A DNA stretch of 34,351 nt from a virus. Taxonomy: Duplodnaviria > Caudoviricetes. The translations under genes and the position numbers were made by a program. Under the pieces are notes generated by a model, which was not told the DNA's origin, searched no databases, and saw only the letters and a list, made by a program, of their open reading frames with translations. The stretch covers positions 1 to 34,351 of the IMG/VR virus record IMGVR_UViG_3300025086_000112; one strand, written 5' to 3'. The first letter of the stretch is position 1. Each line of letters begins with the position of its first letter. Shown piece by piece: positions 1 through 8,339 of this stretch.

Positions 1-285
1 TTTCAAAGTTTCTTCTACTTTGTGAGTCTTTCCATAGCGTATTGTATATTCTTTGCACAATTCATAGCAATGATTCCATAAGAATGAAAAGTTTTGCTTG
101 CTTTTTCTAGCCCAAATAGTACAAGGATGATTCAACATTACAGGTTTGTATGGTGAATCTATACCATGATGATGTAAAATCGTTGAAATCATTTGCAAAC
201 TTTCCGTTGGCATTTTAACAACGTGTTTATCTAACATTTGTTTAGCGCATTCTTTTGGTGTGTTACTTAGTATAAATATATTCAT
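1..285 (-). CDS. Pyrimidine-dimer DNA glycosylase (T4 endonuclease V/DenV-like family) protein, 3'-truncated by window edge
   Basis: Manual translation MNIFILSNTPKECAKQMLDKHVVKMPTESLQMIST...NHPCTIWAR...LCKEYTIRYGKTHK matches the family pattern MNIF..DKHVVKM..E..Q / NHP..IW / EYT.RYGK.H; GGAG RBS upstream; absent from ORF track. Confidence 0.75.
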   Translation of the reverse strand, partial: MNIFILSNTPKECAKQMLDKHVVKMPTESLQMISTILHHHGIDSPYKPVMLNHPCTIWARKSKQNFSFLWNHCYELCKEYTIRYGKTHKVEETLK

Positions 286-299
286 TTTAATTATCTCCA

Positions 300-497
300 T
301 ATTGGAATGTGATTAGTCGGGAACATCTCTTGGCTCTTGCTCAGTTACCCTCGATGTATTAACTGACAAACCCGACTCTCAACTAAGGAAAAATCTTCTA
401 GTTCTAATAAACTGAGGTCGCATGACGCATTTACCATTCCAAAACACCACATAAAAGAATGATATACCCCTAAGCAAGAGAAACTAGAAGATTTTAT
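300..497 (-). ncRNA. Candidate structured RNA / 5' leader
   Basis: Inverted repeats 390-403/482-495 (14 bp), 334-344/470-480, 315-321/371-377, 302-309/435-442 in an ORF-free gap. Confidence 0.4.
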
Positions 498-549
498 TAT
501 TAAGATAAAACCTTAATTGTGAACTACATAAGTAGTCGTGAGTGTGAAT

Positions 550-664
550 ATTCGGAGGGTAGAGGGAGTTCACAAGATGCGTAGCATGTCACCACAGAGA
601 AACATTATGAACGAACAAAATGCCTTGAACTAATTACTGCATAAACCTCTACCCTAAACCGAAT
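550..664. ncRNA. Candidate structured RNA element
   Basis: Nested stems 550-555/659-664, 556-565/646-655, 567-572/626-631. Confidence 0.35.
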
Positions 665-694
665 TTAGAGTATTTTATTTTAAAGTCTTCATTG

Positions 695-990
695 ACTATG
701 AGTGTTAAAGGGAAAGTAATAGTCCTATGCCATCACCACGTGGGTAAGTCATCAGCAGACCATCATCTCTAGCGGAAACGATTCTTACTGACTATCTGTT
801 TGAGATAACAGATACATTAGTTTTACAAGTTTTGGTAATACGACAACTTTCAAGTAGAGCAAGTGCTTTCACACAAACCTGACCAATCATATCAAGCATA
901 ATACTTGATACAACTTACTACTCTATATTGAATTACTTTGCTAATCTAGAATTAGCATCAAGCGACTTTTATGCTTGACATCACTCATCC
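695..990 (-). ncRNA. Candidate ~300-nt multi-stem ncRNA
   Basis: Closing stems 698-704/982-988 and 713-720/932-939; hairpins 793-814, 890-910, 939-957, 958-978; GUGU-GAAA-GCAC GNRA hairpin on the minus strand (863-874). Confidence 0.5.
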
Positions 991-1069
991 ACTATATCTT
1001 TTTACTTTTTTAATTTGGTAAAACCCTTATTTATAACACCCTAAAGCATTGTAAATCAGCCCGCTAAGA

Positions 1070-1489
1070 CTATTCTACAACTTCTCCACTTAAAGGGTGA
1101 GTGTCTTTATGTATTGATAATAAAACTAAGTAACCTATGAGGTCATTAATTATATCATCATCCGATTCTAATGAATCATTACCACGGGATAAACGACTTA
1201 ACTTATCATCTATCCTAACTCGCAGTTGTTCATCTGTATTAGATGTTGAAAATATTCTAATTGGATTCAATGCTGAATCTCCATATTGCTCATTCTTTTC
1301 AATAAGCATTCCTTTGATATCATTACACTTTTCTTCTATTAATAGTGCTACACCTTCGAGAGGTTTTCTTGTGTAAGATTGTTGCATTGTTTGTGGAGGT
1401 GTATATCTAACATCCTTCTTTCCACCAAACATTGTTATGCGTCTAGTTTCTGTTTCTTCTTCATTTGTTTCTTTTGTTTCTTTATCCAT
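1070..1489 (-). CDS. DUF1599 / nucleotide-modification-associated domain 1 (MazG-like helical) protein
   Basis: KNEQYGDS...LRVRIDDKLSRL...DDIINDLIGYLVL matches the KN.DYG.S / R..DK..R / D...DL..Y pattern; start uncertain (1489 or 1498). Confidence 0.7.
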   Translation of the reverse strand: MDKETKETNEEETETRRITMFGGKKDVRYTPPQTMQQSYTRKPLEGVALLIEEKCNDIKGMLIEKNEQYGDSALNPIRIFSTSNTDEQLRVRIDDKLSRLSRGNDSLESDDDIINDLIGYLVLLSIHKDTHPLSGEVVE

Positions 1490-1521
1490 GTTAATCACGT
1501 TATTTTTTTAATGCTATTCTT

Positions 1522-1980
1522 GTTTCCACTCGTTTACATTTTGTGGAAACGACATAATGATATACATATTGTATTGTATGTTTATCACTTTGCCCTCGTT
1601 TATTCGTTTCTCTCGTTTCCACTGTTTTTCGTAGAGAGAGAAATAAATAAAGAGAGAGAGAAAAAAAGTATGTATGTATGTATGTAAATGTAATAAATGA
1701 TAATGTATATTATAATGATATACATATATTCTATATCTTATTCATTTTGTTCTACCTCTCGTTTCCACTCAAGTAGAAAGGAGGAATGTTAATCAAAATG
1801 ACTAAGATATAATTTAGTTATCTTATATTATATAGGATACTAGATACTGATATTTTTATCAAATAATACATATTGTATTAATAATGATTCTTTAATCATT
1901 AGTAATAATAACTGATGTCATATTGGTGGTAAAATATTTATCCTTTGAATAATACTGCTTTAAGTATTAATTAGGTTATT
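1522..1980. repeat. Iteron-like repeats plus AT-rich tract; candidate replication origin
   Basis: CTCTCGTTTCCACT at 1610-1623 and 1756-1769, partial copies at 1522-1535, 1595-1609 and inverted at 1543-1552; ATAATGATATACATAT at 1554-1569 and 1712-1727; GTAT and AG microrepeats at about 1633-1686. Confidence 0.5.
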
Positions 1981-2027
1981 CTTGTACACGAATGATGTTT
2001 GGTCAGTTGCTACAAATCAAGACGGCT

Positions 2028-2126
2028 ATGAGGGTATATAAAGGATGCCGTCAAGGTTTGCCGAGCCTCTATTTTAAAACAATACACAACCATATGGTAT
2101 TAAAGACTTTGTTAGTTTAAGACCTT
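2028..2126 (-). promoter_or_regulatory. Palindrome ACCATATGGT (2089-2098) with TATA-like promoter
   Basis: Minus strand reads AAGGTCT..CAAAG..ACCATATGGT...CCTTGA-N6-CCTTTATATACCCT. Confidence 0.55.
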
Positions 2127-2131
2127 AAAAT

Positions 2132-2170
2132 AAAAAAAGGAGGAATAAGGCATTAAAGCCCTATTCCCCC
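2132..2170 (-). terminator. Hairpin + U7 terminator
   Basis: Minus strand GGGGGAATAGGGC-loop-GCCTTATTCCTCC-TTTTTTT just after the 2200-2673 gene. Confidence 0.7.
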
Positions 2171-2199
2171 AATTAGTACTCACAAAGAGTCAATCCGTT

Positions 2200-2673
2200 T
2201 TATTCTTCCTCCTGTGAAGAAATCCCTAGACCTTCTAGAGAACCATCCCAACCTGCTTTGTAAAGCGTAGTTGCGTTTTTACGAATTGTCTTTGTGAGTG
2301 TACTTGCGTAATCTGCACCATTTTCAAAATGAGTATTCTTACTTTTACCGTGAGGCAATAGTAGTGCTTGAACACCAATACAAGAATCGAATGCGTTAGC
2401 GAATGCTGTTTCAACATCCGATACTATTGCATCAACTGTACTTAGAGCAGCAGCAGATAGAATACCTCCACCACCTCTTCTCCAAGGATATCCATGACAT
2501 CCTCTTAGAGATTCTTTCAAACTCTTAGTCATTTGTTCTTGCATCTCAGGTTTATTATCCCCTGTTGCCATTAAGTGAACCGCTACGATTTTTAGACCTT
2601 CATCGAGTGAACCTCTATCATCTGCCGCTATCATTGTTTCTACTTTCTTTTTTGTATCTTCCCATGTTTCCAT
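2200..2673 (-). CDS. Hypothetical protein, paralog of 2925-3446
   Basis: ORF; start METWED follows AAGGTG RBS; shares P(W/F)RxGxG, HGKS, W(D/N)G and C-terminal SSQEEE with the neighbour. Confidence 0.8.
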   Translation of the reverse strand: METWEDTKKKVETMIAADDRGSLDEGLKIVAVHLMATGDNKPEMQEQMTKSLKESLRGCHGYPWRRGGGGILSAAALSTVDAIVSDVETAFANAFDSCIGVQALLLPHGKSKNTHFENGADYASTLTKTIRKNATTLYKAGWDGSLEGLGISSQEEE

Positions 2674-2729
2674 TTTTAACACCTTTATTATCATTAACTG
2701 ATTGCCTTTGTGAGCATAATAATAGCCAA

Positions 2730-2856
2730 TGTAGGGCTTATTAAAGGGTTCTATCAAAGTAGAACCATATGGTAGTATTTATTTAAATGTATAATGAAAT
2801 ATTATGTATTACAACCATATGGTGTGGTACTTTGAGAACACCTTATGTACCCTATA
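2730..2856. promoter_or_regulatory. Divergent promoter pair with two ACCATATGGT palindromes (2764-2773, 2814-2823)
   Basis: Both directions read ACCATATGGT-N4/5-ACTTTGA-N5/6-CC(T)TTA(A/T)..A(G)CCCTA. Confidence 0.65.
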
Positions 2857-2924
2857 TCCACTGTATATTATGTTAAGTGGGGTTGAATAGATACTTAACA
2901 AAGGAGATAAAAAGAGGAATTATT

Positions 2925-3446
2925 ATGACAGATATGACAAATGAACAATGGGAAAGTAAGAAAACACTAATTGAGGCATGGTTTGAAAGCCATCCTGATT
3001 GGCAACAGAATATCGAGTTAATTGCAGTACCGCAATTAATCGCTGCTGCTGATAAGAAACCTGAATCTAGAGATGCACTTTACGGTGCTATCAGAACATG
3101 TTTCGCAGATATTGCAGATAAGCCATTTAGGTCAGGAAGAGGTTCAACTATGCCTGATGCAGTACTTATTGCTAGAGATACGGTTTTATCCGCTTATCAT
3201 GCAGCAATGGTTACACTTTTCAATGAAAACGAATCAATACGCACATTAGAGATGAGACACGGTAAATCCGGCGGCGGAAATTATGCAGATGCAACTGAGT
3301 TTGCTGATGCAAATACTGCAAGCCGTAGACAAATGATGAATAAAGCATATTCAGATTTCACCAAAAATACAGATAACGCACCTTACCTTTGGAACGGAGA
3401 ATCACCCGTTTCTTTGGTTGGTGGTTCTTCTCAGGAGGAAGAATAA
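2925..3446 (+). CDS. Hypothetical protein, paralog of 2200-2673
   Basis: ORF; GAGGA RBS before ATG 2925; shared motifs as above. Confidence 0.8.
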   Translation: MTDMTNEQWESKKTLIEAWFESHPDWQQNIELIAVPQLIAAADKKPESRDALYGAIRTCFADIADKPFRSGRGSTMPDAVLIARDTVLSAYHAAMVTLFNENESIRTLEMRHGKSGGGNYADATEFADANTASRRQMMNKAYSDFTKNTDNAPYLWNGESPVSLVGGSSQEEE

Positions 3447-3481
3447 GTTAGGTAGCATCAACCCTACTTAACACCTTAATC

Positions 3482-3499
3482 GGGCAGAAATGCCCTTTT
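3482..3499 (+). terminator. Hairpin terminator
   Basis: GGGCA-GAAA-TGCCC-TTTT. Confidence 0.65.
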
Positions 3500-3572
3500 A
3501 AGGTCTACATACCGCAAAGCAATATTACAACCATATGGTAGTGCTTTGACTGCTACCAGTTAAATACCCTAT
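3500..3572 (+). promoter_or_regulatory. ACCATATGGT palindrome (3530-3539) with TATA-like promoter
   Basis: AAGGTCT..CAAAG..ACCATATGGT-AGTG-CTTTGA...TTAAATACCCTA. Confidence 0.6.
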
Positions 3573-3596
3573 GCCCTATGTATAAAGTGATAAATT

Positions 3597-3791
3597 ATGA
3601 CGCAAACAACAAACAATACAATACAAGATACTAAACCTTACAGATACAAGTTATCAGTAGGGCATATGAAGTCAGGTTCAGCCCAAATATTAGTCATTAA
3701 AGAATTGACTGTACAAGGTGATGATTTTACAGAATGTTTTTCTGAATTATCAGCAGGGTTGAAAGCCTTTCAAACAATGGAGTTGAAATAA
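3597..3791 (+). CDS. Hypothetical protein
   Basis: 64-aa ORF directly after promoter motif, abuts next gene. Confidence 0.7.
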   Translation: MTQTTNNTIQDTKPYRYKLSVGHMKSGSAQILVIKELTVQGDDFTECFSELSAGLKAFQTMELK

Positions 3792-4571
3792 ATGAGTATA
3801 ACATACAAAAGAACAATGAACATGAAATATGCAAACACGAAACTGAAAGATTATCATTATTATGAGTTATTACACTCATTAGATGATTGGGGAATTAATG
3901 TATCTAATAAATTTGGTACAAGTCCGGTTGGTAAATATGATAAAGTAACTACTGCGGTAATTTCAGAGTGTTTAGTTGATGGTAAGCCAATGTTCACTTC
4001 ACCGTATCAATGGTTATCTGCTAGTATAGTACAAGATATGAGAAAGAATGGTTGGCAAAATGTTGAGTTTAATGTTACAAACGAAGAAACTATTCAATCA
4101 GTTTGGCATGAACCAAAAGGTACTCATATTAATCTTACAAACATGAGTACTGATGAACTAATGAAATTTACAGGAGTACATAATGAAGATTATGTTAGAG
4201 GATACAATTTACAATATTCTATTCCTGATGATGAAAAGGTTATTTTAACTTCTAGTCTTACAAATTCAGGTGATGGTTTAGTTTTATCATTTAATATTAG
4301 TTGGGAATCTGCAAGAGTAAAGAAGGCTGCTACCATTAAAGAAAGAATGGTTGATAACATTATTTCTGATGTTGGTTTAATTCAACATATATTTGAGAAT
4401 AGTGTTCAACAATGCTTTAGAGATGTTGCAGATGAAGAAATTAACTTTTTGCATGAGCCTGAATTAGAATGTTATTTTGAGCATATTACAGAATCAAAGA
4501 CAGAATGTAGTCCTGATATTGTAGCATTAACTAGAGAAGCAAGATTGAAACATGGTGAGAATAATGAATGA
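3792..4571 (+). CDS. Hypothetical protein
   Basis: 259-aa ORF, operonic. Confidence 0.8.
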   Translation: MSITYKRTMNMKYANTKLKDYHYYELLHSLDDWGINVSNKFGTSPVGKYDKVTTAVISECLVDGKPMFTSPYQWLSASIVQDMRKNGWQNVEFNVTNEETIQSVWHEPKGTHINLTNMSTDELMKFTGVHNEDYVRGYNLQYSIPDDEKVILTSSLTNSGDGLVLSFNISWESARVKKAATIKERMVDNIISDVGLIQHIFENSVQQCFRDVADEEINFLHEPELECYFEHITESKTECSPDIVALTREARLKHGENNE

Positions 4572-4674
4572 ATGTGATTGTGGTAAAATAATATCAAGTA
4601 ATAAAAGTAAGTGTAAAGAATGCAACGAAATTATAGAGGAATATTATTCAGAATTAGAAGCGGGTGAAGAATAA
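4564..4674 (+). CDS. Small Zn-ribbon-like protein
   Basis: MNECDCGK...KCKECNE; GGTGA RBS; overlaps previous stop. Confidence 0.6.
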   Translation: MNECDCGKIISSNKSKCKECNEIIEEYYSELEAGEE

Positions 4675-4676
4675 GT

Positions 4677-4844
4677 ATGTTAGAATATAGTATGAAATGT
4701 GGTGAATGTGGCTCAACAATTGAAAATGATTGTACATACAAAAGAAGTGATTTTAATATGTTCACTAGAAAACCAATGTCAACAGTTTGGTATATATGTA
4801 TAAATGAGAATTGTGGTGTTAATCTACCTTTGGATGTGATATGA
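4677..4844 (+). CDS. Small Zn-ribbon-like protein
   Basis: CGECG...CINENCG; GGTGA RBS. Confidence 0.6.
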   Translation: MLEYSMKCGECGSTIENDCTYKRSDFNMFTRKPMSTVWYICINENCGVNLPLDVI

Positions 4845-4915
4845 TGGATGAAGAAAGAATAGAATATTTAGTTGAATTAAGAATGTGGCAAATGTTGGTG
4901 GGTATAAATGTATAA
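4841..4915 (+). CDS. 24-aa micro-ORF
   Basis: ATGA-coupled to upstream gene and overlaps the downstream start. Confidence 0.4.
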   Translation: MMDEERIEYLVELRMWQMLVGINV

Positions 4916-5075
4916 AGTAATAAGAGGTTATTTTAAAGGAAATAATAGAGTAATTAAAACAGGACTAACTCTTGAAGAAGCACAAGCACATTGTCAAGAC
5001 CCTGAAACAAGTGGTTCGACTTGCTCCGATTTAAGTAAGCGTGGTATGTGGTTTGATTTTTATACGGAGGAATAA
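4908..5075 (+). CDS. Small viral hypothetical protein
   Basis: MYKVIRGYF...TGLTLEEAQAHCQDPETS...WFDFYTEE; GGTGG RBS. Confidence 0.7.
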   Translation: MYKVIRGYFKGNNRVIKTGLTLEEAQAHCQDPETSGSTCSDLSKRGMWFDFYTEE

Positions 5076-5076
5076 T

Positions 5077-5262
5077 ATGTATCCATTATTTACAAAGAAA
5101 CATTTTGAATGGTTAGTATGTATGATTGTTGAAATAGATATACCACCCGATAAGGTAGATATTATAATTGAAAAACTAACAACAACAAATAAGAATTTTA
5201 AACCCGCTACGTTTAGAAAGGCTATTACAATTTATCGTAATCAGTCAGCAGGTGGAATATAA
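5077..5262 (+). CDS. Hypothetical protein
   Basis: GGAGG RBS before ATG 5077. Confidence 0.7.
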   Translation: MYPLFTKKHFEWLVCMIVEIDIPPDKVDIIIEKLTTTNKNFKPATFRKAITIYRNQSAGGI

Positions 5263-5712
5263 GATTCAAGTTCTCTTGATTAAACATAAGGGATTTAATC
5301 GGCTTCGGTTGGGTTAGATTGTTTGTGGATTCAAGCCTAATGTTTGTTAATAGGTACGCAACCCTATTCAAGCCACTGAAGTTAGGTAGAGTAGAGAGAA
5401 TAAGAATAAGGTGTGGGTATCAAAGAGGTGATACTCCTTAAAACTGAACCACGTTTGTGAGTTTCTAGGTGAAAGGTTAACCCTAAAAGCATTTGAAGTA
5501 GTTTAGAAACAATAGAATATAAAAGCAGTAAAGCCTTATTATAAATTCAAAGGTCTGTAAGTTAAAAACGGTACAGTACTAGGTAGAAGTACCAGCCTAA
5601 GAAAAGACGGTTAATGTTAAACAAAAACATTTACTAGTTAAGATAAAACACCGAGTCCATGGCGGTAGGTAGTTTATCTTATCATTAAATGTGTTTAACC
5701 TCTTAACCCGAT
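5263..5712 (+). ncRNA. Candidate ~450-nt structured ncRNA
   Basis: C(UUCG)G hairpin with G-U pairs at 5303-5308; stems 5282-5291/5336-5345, 5349-5354/5363-5368, 5415-5422/5429-5436, 5405-5411/5534-5540, 5461-5467/5504-5510, 5609-5614/5695-5700, 5639-5647/5673-5681; T-tract follows. Confidence 0.55.
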
Positions 5713-5728
5713 TTTTCTTTATTTTAAT

Positions 5729-5788
5729 AAGGTCTGCGGCAAAGCGCATACCATATGGTTGTACGTTTTTTATACCGTACCATATGGG
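5729..5788. promoter_or_regulatory. Two further palindrome copies (5750-5759 ACCATATGGT; 5779-5788 ACCATATGGG)
   Basis: AAGGTCT..CAAAG..ACCATATGGT, same context as 3500-3539. Confidence 0.55.
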
Positions 5789-5970
5789 TAGTAATTGGGG
5801 TATGGGTGCGTAGCAGGGTTCAAATTTTTTTTTATTAAACAATCAAAAAGATTTTTTTACTGTGATTAATCTTATTTAATTTAGTACAAAGGCTCTATAT
5901 TTAATTAAATAGAAGGGAATATAAATATAATAGAATAAAAAAACGCTCTTGCATAAAGATACCAGTACAA

Positions 5971-6018
5971 TCTAATTGTGGTATTTGTAGCAACAAAATT
6001 CTAATTGTGGTATTTGTA
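5971..6018 (+). repeat. 19-bp direct repeat TCTAATTGTGGTATTTGTA x2
   Basis: Copies at 5971-5989 and 6000-6018. Confidence 0.85.
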
Positions 6019-6243
6019 TGAACTATAAAATACATTAACTGTACAATCTTATATCGGGAATGCATTAATTTAAAAATAAAAAAAATCGCAAGTGGCAAAA
6101 AAATGACCGCCCATTTTTCGACAAATTACGGGGTTAACATTTTAAACCGGATAGAAGAGGCTAAAGTATGATACCTGCCGCCTTCATTCACATATTGCCT
6201 AACTGGGCGATTTGGGTAATTGATTTTGTAGGGAGATTTAGCC

Positions 6244-6825
6244 GTGAGTAATTGGTGGAATGTTATAAAACAGAACAAATTGGTTAATTTGCCTAAGTTC
6301 AAAGTTAAACCGTTCAATACTGCAAAGCCGAACGAAGAAGATAGAGAGTGTAAAGATAAAATTATGAAAATTTTTGATTTTACTGAGAATTTTCAACTCC
6401 CTATGATGGAAGATATAGTAGAGGGTTATGATGATATAAAAATTGAAAATCATACAACTGTGTATATCAATAGGCAAGATGAGGATAATGTAAAACGTAT
6501 CGGCATCAGTAAAAACGTAGAAAAATATGGTGTAGATAAGATACCCGAAGAAGCATTTTGTAAGTTATTGGATTTTGTTCAGAACAGAAAATATTTCACT
6601 AGTGATGATGTAGTAATAGACGGACTAGCATATACAATATTTAGTTATGTGAATGCACCATACAAATCGGAGAAGTCAGTAGTAACATATAGAAAAAACA
6701 CACAGTATATAGGAATCCTTACGAGTGATATACGCTTTGTAGCCCAATTAAATATAGATTGGGATGATGATAGTGTTAATGAAGAACTTTTAGATTTCAT
6801 AAAAACAATGGAGTGGCCTATATGA
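6244..6825 (+). CDS. W-tag protein, paralog family A (1/3)
   Basis: N-term WWNVIK..NLPKFKVKPF...KP.E....CK; internal IPEEAFCKLLD. Confidence 0.8.
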   Translation: MSNWWNVIKQNKLVNLPKFKVKPFNTAKPNEEDRECKDKIMKIFDFTENFQLPMMEDIVEGYDDIKIENHTTVYINRQDEDNVKRIGISKNVEKYGVDKIPEEAFCKLLDFVQNRKYFTSDDVVIDGLAYTIFSYVNAPYKSEKSVVTYRKNTQYIGILTSDIRFVAQLNIDWDDDSVNEELLDFIKTMEWPI

Positions 6826-7577
6826 GTTGGTTTAATATTCTTAAAAATGAAATGAGGAGTATTAATTTACCCAAATTTAAAGTTAAACCTTTTAATGTGA
6901 ATAAACCTGATGAAGATGATGATTGTAAACGAAAAGTCATAGAGATAGAAAATAGGTTGTATGCTAGAGAACTTATTAGTGACTCAGAAATGGATGCATT
7001 ACAGAATAAATTAAAAAATATAGCAGTAGATTATGATGTGAAGGTTATGAAAAGACCAGCCCGTGAACATATTCAGAGATATTCAATAACATTTTCACCC
7101 CGTGGTTCTAATAGGTCTAGAAATATTCCTGAGAATGAATACTTAAAAGTAATGATTAGGGTTGATAGACAACAATACGGTTCAAAACCCAGAATTGGGG
7201 TTGAAACGTTTGCTGAGTCTAGTTTAAGTGAAGAAATATATTGTAAAGTACTGGATACTATTGAACGTGATGTGGAGATAACCGAACCTAATTTCATGGG
7301 AGAACCTATCTCCATTAAGTATTGGAAAAAAGAAGAGGGTGAAGGCGACCAAATTAACTTGGATGAGGAAGGAGACATTATTGACAGGGGTAGGGAGTTA
7401 TCATGTATAGTGGGTGATAAAGAGTATATGATGTGTTTTGATTTAGACTGTTATTTGATTTCTAAAGCACCGAAGTATTTGAAGCAAATTAGTAAGAATG
7501 AAGAGGCTGCACTTAGACAATCATTAGTTTTAATAAAGCGTTATTTGGATAATATAAAAGTTAAATTTACGGAGTGA
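6822..7577 (+). CDS. W-tag protein, paralog family A (2/3)
   Basis: MSWFNILKNEMRSINLPKFKVKPF; internal LSEEIYCKVLD. Confidence 0.8.
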   Translation: MSWFNILKNEMRSINLPKFKVKPFNVNKPDEDDDCKRKVIEIENRLYARELISDSEMDALQNKLKNIAVDYDVKVMKRPAREHIQRYSITFSPRGSNRSRNIPENEYLKVMIRVDRQQYGSKPRIGVETFAESSLSEEIYCKVLDTIERDVEITEPNFMGEPISIKYWKKEEGEGDQINLDEEGDIIDRGRELSCIVGDKEYMMCFDLDCYLISKAPKYLKQISKNEEAALRQSLVLIKRYLDNIKVKFTE

Positions 7578-7579
7578 GA

Positions 7580-8338
7580 ATGATGTGGTTTGATATTTTA
7601 AAAAATGAAATGCGTACCGTTAACTTACCTAAGTTCAAGGTGAAACCTTTTGACGTAAACAAACCTGATGAAGATAAAGATGACTGTAAAGATAGAATGT
7701 TCGCACTACAAAATAAAGTAAAGAATACTCCATTATATGATGATAATAGTATATTCGATAAAATTCGGGATAAAGGGACTAGCGAAGAAATTGAATATTA
7801 TGGTGTTACTAAAGACCCATCTCCTGAAGGTCATTCTGAAATACATGGCCCTGACCATTTTGTATCTCAATTTTATCTATATCCTATGAATGTACCTAAT
7901 GCAAAGATTAAAGATGTTAGGGATAAAAGTCATTTTGAAATAGTAGTAGAGGAATCAAGATACATAAATAATAAGCAAGCAGAAAAAATTCCTGAAGAAG
8001 TTTATTGTCGTGCTTTAGATTTAATTGCTCAAGTACCCATTATTGTTAATAAGAATAGAAATATAGACCCATACATTGTTGGTGATTGGAAAATATTCTA
8101 TGACCATAGAGAATATCATGGTGCAGGAAATTTAGGTTTTAATGAGTGGGGTGGTGTAAGTAAAAGAAGGGCTATTCACATACATTCAGATAAATATCCC
8201 TATGAGTTTCATATGCGTAATAGTATAGAATTGGTTATAGGGGAGCATGGGAATATACCAGTAACCATATTTAGACTTGATGATGCACTAAAAGAAATTG
8301 TAGCCCACTACAAAAATATAGAATTTAAATGGAATTAA
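7580..8338 (+). CDS. W-tag protein, paralog family A (3/3)
   Basis: MMWFDILKNEMRTVNLPKFKVKPF; internal IPEEVYCRALD. Confidence 0.8.
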   Translation: MMWFDILKNEMRTVNLPKFKVKPFDVNKPDEDKDDCKDRMFALQNKVKNTPLYDDNSIFDKIRDKGTSEEIEYYGVTKDPSPEGHSEIHGPDHFVSQFYLYPMNVPNAKIKDVRDKSHFEIVVEESRYINNKQAEKIPEEVYCRALDLIAQVPIIVNKNRNIDPYIVGDWKIFYDHREYHGAGNLGFNEWGGVSKRRAIHIHSDKYPYEFHMRNSIELVIGEHGNIPVTIFRLDDALKEIVAHYKNIEFKWN

Positions 8339-8339
8339 T

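Noticed and set aside
749-755. CUGAUGA (minus strand) as hammerhead ribozyme core
   Set aside because: No stem II followed by GAAA at the required position
690-1000. Group I intron (AAGAUAUAGU-like and GACUA words)
   Set aside because: Elements are in the wrong order, no interrupted gene is evident and I could not build P3/P7
1379-1687. 102-aa + strand ORF and 1137-1376 ORF
   Set aside because: Antisense to the DUF1599-like gene or low-complexity translation of repeats
2089-5788. Palindromic repeats as a CRISPR array
   Set aside because: 10-bp core, irregular spacing from about 30 bp to over 2 kb with genes between, and no cas genes
5597-6477. Minus-strand ORFs 5597-5842, 5901-6098, 6126-6317, 6238-6477
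   Set aside because: No convincing RBS, atypical composition, overlap with structured/repeat DNA or a real + gene
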